The translations under genes and the position numbers were made by a program. A DNA stretch of 40,929 nucleotides from positions 1-40,929 of IMG/VR virus record IMGVR_UViG_3300037127_000005. The stretch is one strand, 5' to 3'. This document shows positions 33,355 to 40,929 of this stretch, piece by piece; position 1 is the first letter of the stretch, and each line of letters starts with the position of its first letter. The notes below the pieces were generated by a model. That model searched no databases. It saw nothing but the letters and a program-made list of their open reading frames with translations, and was not told the DNA's origin. The DNA comes from a virus. Taxonomy: Duplodnaviria > Caudoviricetes.

Positions 33355-35000
33355 AGCCAATCATCTAGCCAGTTTGAGCCGTCAATCAGCATATCATCTA
33401 TGGCGTCCATTAATGTATCATATTGGTCGTCATATCCTTTCTCTTGATCAAGCAATACACCAACCGTAACAGCATCCAACTCTGTTAAAAAAGGCAAAAC
33501 CCACTCGGTTGGGAATGCTTCGGTTCCATCAAAAAAGGTAGTGTTATTAATTTTATTTCCATCTTCATCGTGAGTGCTTGGTACAAAAACCTTACCCGCT
33601 TTTAATTGGGGCTGACAGTTTCCATGTCGGACAAACTTGTTTTGATTGTTACCACGCGGGACCGCATTAACAGTTAATCCGTGGTTATCCTTCTCAAGCG
33701 TTGCTATCAAACCCTGTCCAGCTTGCTTATCCTCAATATTCATATATCGCAAAACTAAGCGCTGCTCAGTTGGTGCTGCGCTTTTCCATCTATCCCACAA
33801 CTCTTTAGCTTGTGCTAACAATTCATCTGGCGTCCACTTTCCGCGCTTAACTTCTAGTACGTACAGGTTTCCATCCTGACCCATGCCGCATAGTGTAAAT
33901 ACAGTAAAATCGTTTCTGTCTGTCACTTTACCAGAGTTTGTATCGACATAGACCGCCATCCATTCGAGCCATGGTAATTCTGTGTAACGGCCCAGCCAAG
34001 ACGTATCAACAAGACCGCCGGACATTGTAATTGGGTTTTGCATGTACTGAGACATAAACGTGTATTCGTCACGCTCCCAGAGCTCAATTAGTTGGTCTAT
34101 GTGTTCCATTTCTGGCCAGTAAGACCAATGTTTTACGCCGTTTATTTCTCGACAATCAGAATCTTTAATTGATTGCCAGCAAAGTGCTGCTATATCCTGC
34201 GGCAGCGTTGCTAAAAAGTCCTCGGTGATTAACGCCGGTATTGATACCAAATCAAACTTAACACCAAGATTGCCCGCAACACAAAAGCCGATAGTGTCGT
34301 CCTTGTGTAACCTCTGCTGAATTATAAAGAATGGTGTCGGATGGTCTTTTGACTTATCACCTCGGCGAGAGCGTACAGTGTTCGTCAGCTTTCTGTGGTG
34401 CGCTTCCCGTTTGGTTGTGGAAAAGCAATCCTCTGGCTTTAATGCGTCATCAAGATTTATCGAGCCGCTAAATTTAGGTCCGTAATAACCACCACGACCA
34501 CCCGTAATCTGACCACCCATTGCGCGAGATACTGTTTCACCTTTCACCTTTCCTTTTTGGTCTACAATCTGCCACTCTTCCGCCTGGTTGACGCCAAATG
34601 TACAGGGCCAAAACTCTTGATATTCTTTACTGTTGATAATATCGCGCGTGCGGCGTGAGTTACGCTTTGTTAGAGAGTCAGCAAATGAAAGGTTTAGGTT
34701 TCTGAATTTATCGAGCTTGCCAATTTGCACAAGCATGTTTGTGTATGCTGGCAAGTGAATGCTCATGAACTCAGTTTTTGTGCCACCTGGAGGGATTGAA
34801 ATTGCTAGGTTAGTTGATGAATTACCACCTCGGACAACGCTATCAACCTTTGAAGCAATCCACTTATGGTGCCAATTAACTAAAAGCTTCTCGCCATGGA
34901 GTAATTCAAACCAAAGGCGAGTGAAGTTTAAAAAAGAACGCTCGCTTGCGTCCTTTATTGCAACCCTTTCTGGAAAGGTTAAATCTTCCCACTCTTTCAT
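33351..35000 (-). CDS. terL: Terminase large subunit
   Basis: VNWHH, Walker A ISIPPGGTKT, GGQITGGRGG, Walker B INLDD, IIQQRLH, SQYMQNP; nuclease motifs YVDT, IEDK and DDQYD. Confidence 0.95.
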   Translation of the reverse strand: MKEWEDLTFPERVAIKDASERSFLNFTRLWFELLHGEKLLVNWHHKWIASKVDSVVRGGNSSTNLAISIPPGGTKTEFMSIHLPAYTNMLVQIGKLDKFRNLNLSFADSLTKRNSRRTRDIINSKEYQEFWPCTFGVNQAEEWQIVDQKGKVKGETVSRAMGGQITGGRGGYYGPKFSGSINLDDALKPEDCFSTTKREAHHRKLTNTVRSRRGDKSKDHPTPFFIIQQRLHKDDTIGFCVAGNLGVKFDLVSIPALITEDFLATLPQDIAALCWQSIKDSDCREINGVKHWSYWPEMEHIDQLIELWERDEYTFMSQYMQNPITMSGGLVDTSWLGRYTELPWLEWMAVYVDTNSGKVTDRNDFTVFTLCGMGQDGNLYVLEVKRGKWTPDELLAQAKELWDRWKSAAPTEQRLVLRYMNIEDKQAGQGLIATLEKDNHGLTVNAVPRGNNQNKFVRHGNCQPQLKAGKVFVPSTHDEDGNKINNTTFFDGTEAFPTEWVLPFLTELDAVTVGVLLDQEKGYDDQYDTLMDAIDDMLIDGSNWLDDWL

Positions 35001-35473
35001 CAGTCTAAATCGTCAAAATCAGCCTTGAATGCCTCTTGAGCCTTTTTGTAATCCTCTGGGCTATAAGTGACATTGTGAACCACACCGCTATGCTCTGTTT
35101 GCTGCTTGTCACGCCACAATTCTGGCTGCCTATTTTTCAGCCAGAATATAGCCGCTGTAGGGTCTGGTGCGTAATGCTTTTCAAACTCCTTGGAATCCGT
35201 AATCATACCGTCAGTGGTGGCAATCTTAGTCTCTGGATGTGAGTAACCAGTTGCTCTTTGGAATAGACTTTTAGCCACCTGAGCGTCTGCTTGTTGCTTT
35301 CCTCTTTTTAAGGACTCTAAAAACTCAGGGTGACTAAGTTTCCAGTTGTTTATAGTCGCCTCTGAAACCGAAAAGAAACCAGCCAAATCAGCATCGGTAG
35401 CGCCTAATAAACAGTAATTATAGGCAAGCTCCGTGTACTCATCTTTGTAATCACTAGGCCTTCCGCCAGCCAT
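35000..35473 (-). CDS. terS: Terminase small subunit
   Basis: GRPSDY...LGATDADLAGFFSVSEATINNW HTH and APDPTAAIFWLKNRQPELWRDK; start MAGGRP at 35473 after AAGGTGG. Confidence 0.9.
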   Translation of the reverse strand: MAGGRPSDYKDEYTELAYNYCLLGATDADLAGFFSVSEATINNWKLSHPEFLESLKRGKQQADAQVAKSLFQRATGYSHPETKIATTDGMITDSKEFEKHYAPDPTAAIFWLKNRQPELWRDKQQTEHSGVVHNVTYSPEDYKKAQEAFKADFDDLD

Positions 35474-35532
35474 AAAACCCACCTTAAAAATCAATAAAAA
35501 CTTAAATGTAATATTACCACAAAAGTAAAAAT

Positions 35533-35554
35533 AAAAAAGCCTCATGTAGAGGCT
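35533..35554 (-). terminator. Terminator of the early leftward operon
   Basis: AGCCTC-tacat-GAGGCT-T-tract on the - strand, followed by the extended -10 TGGTAATAT (35519-35511). Confidence 0.65.
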
Positions 35555-35718
35555 GTTAAATCACTAAGCCACCTTTCTACTGTTTCGGTCGCTATTTCTT
35601 CCAATATAACAACGTAAGAGAAGCTCAACTCAAACCCGTGATTGAAGTGAAACAAGTCCATCTCATCAACCGTTTCAAGAACACACTCATTTGGCCGTGC
35701 CGGTTCGAAGTTATTCAT
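35542..35718 (-). CDS. Acidic hypothetical protein, 58 aa
   Basis: MNNFEPARPNECVLETVDEMDLF...LTAST; tiles the operon. Confidence 0.55.
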   Translation of the reverse strand: MNNFEPARPNECVLETVDEMDLFHFNHGFELSFSYVVILEEIATETVERWLSDLTAST

Positions 35719-35905
35719 CTTTCTTCACCTGCTTACTTAAATGCGCATTGAGATGGTTTAGCCTAGCAATCTCTTTGTGCATTTCTGCGTTGTCTTCGAT
35801 TAGCTGGCAGTAGTTTGCCAAAAGCGAACCGATTAATGCTGGTCGCACTTGCTCGTTGCTTTTCAGCTTTTCTGATATTGTATCGATAAGCTCTTGGTCA
35901 ATCAT
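35711..35905 (-). CDS. Hypothetical coiled-coil protein
   Basis: MIDQELIDTISEKL...; GAGG RBS; ATGA overlap. Confidence 0.65.
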   Translation of the reverse strand: MIDQELIDTISEKLKSNEQVRPALIGSLLANYCQLIEDNAEMHKEIARLNHLNAHLSKQVKKDE

Positions 35906-36225
35906 TTCAAAACCTCGTTTATTTTCATCATATCCCAGCACCCTAAAACATCACCATCTTCTGTTGTCTGCTTTACTGATTGTAAGCACTCTGTTAACTC
36001 AATAATGCGCTTTATGTCTGATAGTGAGCGTCTGCCTCTAATATATTGCCAACCATCAACAAGCTCTGAAAAAACCCAGCGACATTCAGGCTCATCCCAA
36101 ATTTTGAACTGATGTCCGTTTTCGTGATTATCTATGTAGTTAACTGCACCGTGATAGGTAAAAAATTCTGTTGCACCATCTGGCGCATTCTCAACAATCG
36201 CTTTTAACTTTTCTAAACTTTCCAT
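35902..36225 (-). CDS. Hypothetical phage protein
   Basis: KAIVENAPDGAT...LSDIKRIIE pattern common in phage early regions. Confidence 0.75.
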   Translation of the reverse strand: MESLEKLKAIVENAPDGATEFFTYHGAVNYIDNHENGHQFKIWDEPECRWVFSELVDGWQYIRGRRSLSDIKRIIELTECLQSVKQTTEDGDVLGCWDMMKINEVLK

Positions 36226-36340
36226 TCTTTCACCCTATAACTATTCACTTGCCACGCTACCGCCTTAATCCGATAGCAGCGTTTATACCCCATATCAAAA
36301 ATTGATAGTCGCTTGTTTACGTGATTGTCTCGTTTTCTTG

Positions 36341-37093
36341 TCATATCTCGCAAATCCTACAACCTTGATTATCGTCATCCCATGCCTGGCCTATTTTTGC
36401 CGTAAACACACTTTTTCCAATTTTATCCTCAACGACTCTGACATTGATAAGCTGCTGCCTGCCAAAGTCATCAAACTCAAAAGCTTTTATTTTTGATTTA
36501 TCACCCCCAGCCAAGCATGGGAAGCAGCCAACTCTTTTAAATCCGTGTGAGTAAAGAGGGTTTATTTCATCACCTAGATAATCAATAACCTCACTTTCGT
36601 ACCAGTCTACTATTGGCAATCTGTATCTAACCCCGAGATTCCCCAAGTATTTTGGGTAATTCGAGATTACTTCATGTGGCAAATGCAGGTCATCCGGGTC
36701 TTTGTACTCGTAACGCTTTGCTCTTTCCGCGCTTTCATCGATTCTCATTCCATACCAAACCTGTACAGCGCCAAACTCTTCCGCGTATTTTTTTAGGAAT
36801 TTTTTTGTTGGTATTATTTTTAGTTCATTTGTGCAGTGCCTTGCTCCGCCTCCAGGGAATCTACCCCTTTGCTCGCATTTGGACAAAACATCTCCAGCTG
36901 TGATTGTTACAATTTCAACACCGTAAAGGTCTTTTATTTTCTCCACGTGCTTATATGTAAGTGGGTGCTCAAACTTGGTATCACAAAATAGACCAAGTAC
37001 ATTCCTGGCCCCAAATTCCTCAACAGCCATCTTCATGCAGGCTTGTGAATCTTTACCCCCACTTACAGGTACTATACATTCAAATTTTCTCAT
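36341..37093 (-). CDS. PAPS reductase-family (PP-loop, Fe-S) protein
   Basis: VSGGKDS PP-loop, FCDTKFEHP, RHCTNELK, GMRIDESAERA, NPLY..GFKRVGCFPC; GGGAG RBS before ATG 37093. Confidence 0.88.
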   Translation of the reverse strand: MRKFECIVPVSGGKDSQACMKMAVEEFGARNVLGLFCDTKFEHPLTYKHVEKIKDLYGVEIVTITAGDVLSKCEQRGRFPGGGARHCTNELKIIPTKKFLKKYAEEFGAVQVWYGMRIDESAERAKRYEYKDPDDLHLPHEVISNYPKYLGNLGVRYRLPIVDWYESEVIDYLGDEINPLYSHGFKRVGCFPCLAGGDKSKIKAFEFDDFGRQQLINVRVVEDKIGKSVFTAKIGQAWDDDNQGCRICEI

Positions 37094-37107
37094 TTCTATC
37101 TCCCAAA

Positions 37108-37299
37108 CTACAAACTCTGCGCTCCAAGAAGCCCCAAAAGAAACAATACAACATACACCAGAAGCCACCAGCGCGATTCTGAGCGCTTTAAATCAGAATA
37201 GTACGGACTAATGCGTAAAGCTCTTATTTTCGCTGCTGTGTCGTTCTCTGCCTTAAATTTAACGATTTTACCGCGCACTTTGATTGTGTAGTTATTCAT
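37108..37299 (-). CDS. Small protein with C-terminal TM helix
   Basis: WWLLVYVVLFLLGLLG segment; GGAG RBS. Confidence 0.65.
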   Translation of the reverse strand: MNNYTIKVRGKIVKFKAENDTAAKIRALRISPYYSDLKRSESRWWLLVYVVLFLLGLLGAQSL

Positions 37300-37612
37300 T
37301 GTTCATCTCCAAGTAAACTATCATTGCGGCGCGTAGTTGGCCTCGCATGGTTTCATGTGTCTTAACATCCCATTTTATTGCGGCAAAATTACCATCTTGA
37401 TCAAATACTGGTTTTGTTAATTCTTTCCATATCTCCTGTATTACAGGCCAAGCGTCTGATGGGTTGTTGCATGGTTCATAATTAAAATCATCACCATCAG
37501 AAACTTGAACTCTTACAGAACCAAACTGCTCGTACACGACTAAATCACAATACTTCAACTCAGCAACCGCCCTATTAATCTCAAAATCACTTTTATCTTG
37601 CCACTTACTCAT
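37292..37612 (-). CDS. NinX-like (DUF2591) protein
   Basis: SDFEINRAVA, PCNNPSDAWPVI and LRAAMIVYLEM motifs; exact start uncertain. Confidence 0.75.
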   Translation of the reverse strand: MSKWQDKSDFEINRAVAELKYCDLVVYEQFGSVRVQVSDGDDFNYEPCNNPSDAWPVIQEIWKELTKPVFDQDGNFAAIKWDVKTHETMRGQLRAAMIVYLEMNNE

Positions 37613-37708
37613 CATCACCCCCACACTTAGTAATAAAAATATTCATTGCCAAAATACCCAGTGTTAGCCCCACCACAATTGACAGGCCAACAACCACTAG
37701 AAAGAAAA

Positions 37709-38155
37709 TCAAAACTCATACCTCGCATGTAATGTGAAAAACCCTGCATAGTGTGCGCCGAACACTAAACCAAAATTATCGTTAACGTCGTAGTCAACTT
37801 CCAATGCTGCAACCGGCGTTACATGTTCAATCACCATCTTGTCAGTCGCACGGTCTTTGTAACCAAGTGCCACGCCATAGGAAAAATTAACATCAAGTCG
37901 CTCATACTGGTAAAGTGGCTTTTGCTTTGTGATAACACCTATCCAATCACCAAAGCTGTTCTCGATAGCGACAAAACGCCAGTCTTTAAACTCAACACCA
38001 ATACCCTGGTTACTTTCATTCCATTCTGTTTTAAGGCCCGTGGCTTTACTTGTGTAGCTGCGTGACTCCCAATGATATGAGCCGACAGGAACAACCAAGC
38101 TTGCTGCTTGTGCCGCACCGCTAACCAGTGCCATTGATAAGATTAGTGATTTCAT
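37709..38155 (-). CDS. Outer-membrane beta-barrel protein (PagP-like) with signal peptide
   Basis: Sec signal MKSLILSMALVSGAAQA; SYHW, WNESNQGIGVEF and ENSF motifs; amphipathic strands; C-terminal beta-signal ARYEF. Confidence 0.7.
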   Translation of the reverse strand: MKSLILSMALVSGAAQAASLVVPVGSYHWESRSYTSKATGLKTEWNESNQGIGVEFKDWRFVAIENSFGDWIGVITKQKPLYQYERLDVNFSYGVALGYKDRATDKMVIEHVTPVAALEVDYDVNDNFGLVFGAHYAGFFTLHARYEF

Positions 38156-38457
38156 TGTTTAGTCTCCACGTCTGATGCTAGCAGGGCAACACCCTTACCA
38201 CCTACGGCACAAAAGTATTCCATGCCGTCACTATGCTTTTCCTTCTTGATGTCGGCACCAAGCGTATGCTCGATGTTTTTGATGGTCTCACTTCTAACCT
38301 TGGACTCATCGCTAGCAAAACAGCAATCAATGCCGTTCGCTGACTTAATTGTAAAGTGGGTAAGATCAACTCTGATGCTGCAATCACCATTCTCAACATC
38401 ACGCTTGAATCTCTCCAGGCGCTCGATTCCGCTTTTGCTTAGTTGGTATGTTTTCAT
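38152..38457 (-). CDS. Hypothetical protein
   Basis: MKTYQLSKSG...; TAATG coupling to the upstream gene; GGAG RBS. Confidence 0.7.
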   Translation of the reverse strand: MKTYQLSKSGIERLERFKRDVENGDCSIRVDLTHFTIKSANGIDCCFASDESKVRSETIKNIEHTLGADIKKEKHSDGMEYFCAVGGKGVALLASDVETKQ

Positions 38458-38756
38458 TAGCGCCACTCCAAAACAATAACCGCCACGCAATTACCGCTCA
38501 CGTCACGAAATTGCAATTTGCTTTTTGCACCAGCTGGTGAAGGCCAAGTGTTGGAAATTTCACAATCGAAAAACATAACTTGCAAACCACCTATCTTTAA
38601 AGTGCTTTGATTGTTAAACCAAGTAACTCGATATTCAGCTCCAAGGGCATTAAAAGCAAACTCCCTGCTAAATCCATGTTCGTCTATATTGATATTTTCG
38701 CCACCTAGGCATTTAACAAAAATTGCTTCTGCTTTTTCAAATTCAAACTTATTCAT
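38457..38756 (-). CDS. Hypothetical protein, first gene of the leftward early operon
   Basis: GGAG RBS before MNKFEF; promoter AAAAACAA-TAC-TTGCAT-17-TATATT (38825-38786). Confidence 0.75.
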   Translation of the reverse strand: MNKFEFEKAEAIFVKCLGGENINIDEHGFSREFAFNALGAEYRVTWFNNQSTLKIGGLQVMFFDCEISNTWPSPAGAKSKLQFRDVSGNCVAVIVLEWR

Positions 38757-38849
38757 GTTTATCTCCATCTCGTTTTGTTGAGTTAAATATAAAGCCAACT
38801 AAACACAAATGCAAGTATTGTTTTTAGTTTTATTGGTTAAATTTTGTTG

Positions 38850-39190
38850 TGGGTATGAATATACCCGCTGTGGGTATGATATGGGTATAGGTTTGGGTAT
38901 GGAAATGGGTATGTATATATATGGTATAAGTGTATGATATTATTATTATTATTATTATTATTTACTATGTTTGGGTATGAATATAAGTGTTTTTGTATTT
39001 TTATTTATCTACCAGTATTTGTATGCTTTCTATTTTTACTTTTCATATGTGTATATAGTGAAAAAACCGCCTTTTCATACCCATTTTTGCAAAACTTACT
39101 GCAAATCAAATGCTTGAGTCGTTTTTTCATACCCATTTGCATACCCAAAGCTACCCTACGGCATACCCAAACACCCACAAATATACCCAC
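38850..39190. repeat. Putative replication origin: inverted arrays of TGGGTAT iterons around an AT-rich core
   Basis: TGGGTAT at 38850, 38871, 38882, 38894, 38906 and 38972; ATACCCA at 39077, 39129, 39141, 39163 and 39183; (TTA)n tract at about 38940-38962. Confidence 0.7.
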
Positions 39191-39309
39191 AAACACCAAC
39201 TAACAATCGCTTTTATCAATCAAAAGTTACCAATCAATCTATAAATCAAATTTTTATTATTTCCATTTATGTGACACCATGTGTTACACGGTATCAGGAG
39301 ATTTTTGCT

Positions 39310-39534
39310 ATGAATGAAGATTACGGGAAGCTTTCCAACGCTAAAGTTAAGTTTGGCCAGAGGATGCACGAAAACATAAAATACCTTTCTGACGAGTCTG
39401 GATTGGAAAAAAGCAAGATAATTAGAGCGTCTATGATTTGCGGTATAAATTACCTACTTGAGCTTTTTAATGTTCAGGGTAAAGATGCGATGATTGCGCT
39501 TGTTATTAACTTAGACAAATCAGCAAGGAAGTAA
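39310..39534 (+). CDS. Putative ribbon-helix-helix DNA-binding protein
   Basis: AKVKFGQRMHENIKYLSDESGLEKSKIIRASM fits a beta-alpha-alpha pattern; AGGAG RBS. Confidence 0.6.
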   Translation: MNEDYGKLSNAKVKFGQRMHENIKYLSDESGLEKSKIIRASMICGINYLLELFNVQGKDAMIALVINLDKSARK

Positions 39535-39537
39535 GAA

Positions 39538-40929
39538 ATGCCTCAAAATATAAACATGGATAACATAACAAATTTTGGTCAATTTAAAGATGGGCCAGAT
39601 AGTGGTGCCGCAACACATAGAGAGTATTGGCCAGAACCGATCCTAACAGAAGATGATCGCCTCTACTCGACAATGCATCTAATAGATCATAGTCGTGACG
39701 ATGCGCTTAGTAACTTAGCTAAAGAAGTTGCGGCACAAGTTCAATTCCCCGAATCTAGCGTTTATTTGCATGGTCTTGGCTGTGTGGCTGCTGCTATGTG
39801 CAAAAGCTTTTACGTTAATTACTTTGGTGAGCTATCAACTAATTTATACATTGCAACAGCTCAACCACCATCAACAGGTAAGACCGGCGTTAGTAATTTT
39901 TTTACAAGCCCCATACTGGCAGCGACAGAGGAATTAAACGCAGGAAACATGAAGCGCCGCCGTGAAATACTCCAGGATATTGAGGAGGCAGAAAAGGAAC
40001 TTAAAAGCTCAACCGGCCGCGAAGAAAAAATGAATTTGCGAGACACGATAGTAGAGCTTGAGGAAAAATTGTCGCGCTACCCTATTTATCAAATGTATTT
40101 TACAGATGCTACGCCAGAGGCGTTATGCAATGAAGCAGCAAAACAAACTGGCATGTTTAATATCATTTCTGATGAGGCGCAATCAATATTAACAAGTATT
40201 GGATTAGCATATGGAGACAGCAAAAAAGCACCAAACAACGAGCCGATATTAAAAGGTTGGGATAACGGTTACGTTAGTATGGTACGTATTACTCGCTCTA
40301 TGCCTTCCATACATATTCGCGGCGGGATTGCTGTGCTTGCTCAGTATGAAACTGTAAAGGCAATATTGAGCATGTCAGACCGTGAGAACGGCTTAACTGA
40401 GCGTTTTCTATTTGGTTATGAGTCACACATGCTTGGTAGTCGTGATCATACTCAATTCAAACCAGTTAGCAGTGAGGTTAAAACTGCTTTTGGTGAGATA
40501 ATGAGGAACGTGATCATGTCTGATAAGACTGTTTTGAATATCACTGAGGATTCAAAGAAATTCATCTTGCAAAAGAAAAACGAATTTGAACCAATGATGG
40601 CGGACGGTGGTAAATATTCAAGCAACTTAATGAGGGGATTCTTAGGCAAAATGGACAAGCAAGTATTGAAGATTGCAGCCAGTTTACACGCAATTGATAA
40701 TTTTCAACACTCAGTCACCAAGCTTACCATTGGGTATGACACAGTTTTACGAGCCTATAACATTTACTGCGAGCTGCTAAAGACATTCACAAAAACCGCT
40801 GACAGTGAAGGTTTTGGCGGTGATGAGTCACAAATCAAACATATCGCCGGTACGTTATCTGGATACGTAACAAAAGGCAAAATCGAAGTAAAAATAAGAA
40901 CATTGATTGACAGCATAAAAAAAGCAAAA
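39538..40929 (+). CDS. DUF3987/YfjI-like P-loop NTPase (putative replicative helicase); 508 aa once joined across the junction to 262
   Basis: Open frame MPQNINMDN... with Walker A QPPSTGKT, TDATPEAL, Walker B IISDEA, ILKGWD and NGLTERF. Missing from the ORF track because it runs off the end. Confidence 0.85.
   Translation, partial: MPQNINMDNITNFGQFKDGPDSGAATHREYWPEPILTEDDRLYSTMHLIDHSRDDALSNLAKEVAAQVQFPESSVYLHGLGCVAAAMCKSFYVNYFGELSTNLYIATAQPPSTGKTGVSNFFTSPILAATEELNAGNMKRRREILQDIEEAEKELKSSTGREEKMNLRDTIVELEEKLSRYPIYQMYFTDATPEALCNEAAKQTGMFNIISDEAQSILTSIGLAYGDSKKAPNNEPILKGWDNGYVSMVRITRSMPSIHIRGGIAVLAQYETVKAILSMSDRENGLTERFLFGYESHMLGSRDHTQFKPVSSEVKTAFGEIMRNVIMSDKTVLNITEDSKKFILQKKNEFEPMMADGGKYSSNLMRGFLGKMDKQVLKIAASLHAIDNFQHSVTKLTIGYDTVLRAYNIYCELLKTFTKTADSEGFGGDESQIKHIAGTLSGYVTKGKIEVKIRTLIDSIKKAK
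40803..40929. repeat. Terminal direct repeat (copy 2)
   Basis: Identical to 1-127. Confidence 0.93.

Noticed and set aside
36226-36344. Small ORF or gene remnant downstream of the PAPS reductase-like gene
   Set aside because: Two short frames are possible (28 aa with an ATGA overlap, or a start-less one), and neither has enough support.
38850-39190. CRISPR array, or the ORFs 38934-39203 and 39005-39199
   Set aside because: The repeats are 7-mers with irregular short spacing in inverted orientation, and there are no cas genes. The ORFs are low-complexity by-products without an RBS.
1-40929. Alternative genetic code or stop-codon reassignment
   Set aside because: Genes tile densely under the standard code and there is no suppressor tRNA. 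The SSB break is a frame change, not read-through.

Overview
This window looks like a complete, circularly permuted genome of a lytic siphovirus of about 40.8 kb. Bases 1-127 repeat exactly at 40803-40929, which looks like an assembly overlap, giving a unit length of 40,802 bp. A marine Gammaproteobacterial host (Alteromonadales/Pseudoalteromonas-like) is inferred from the SSB-type tail sequence and gene content. Replication/recombination genes (DUF3987-like NTPase crossing the contig junction, CHC2 primase, SF2 helicase, RecE-like exonuclease, SSB-like protein, RuvC-like resolvase, dUTPase) lie on +, next to an iteron-like inverted-repeat origin (38850-39190). Virion genes are scattered: portal and gpF on +; terminase, protease/scaffold, cement, capsid, neck, tail and tail spike on -; and the tail chaperone inverted between the tail tube and tape measure genes. 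No integrase, CI repressor, DNA polymerase or spanin was recognised. The main leads are: (i) a 630-bp ncRNA locus with tRNA-Asn flanked by two D-arm-less tRNA-like RNAs, an anti-RBS tail nearly complementary to another phage gene's start, and a separate ~90-nt sRNA; (ii) an SSB whose acidic DDDIPF tail lies in the +1 frame past the stop codon; (iii) a 21-aa micropeptide with a strong RBS nested in the 5' end of a polytopic membrane gene; (iv) an unannotated RMF-like ORF; (v) a promoter/terminator/ATG cassette shared by the portal and protease genes; (vi) a PagP-like outer-membrane barrel and an orphan PAPS-reductase-family gene. All family assignments come from motif recognition by eye, not database searches.
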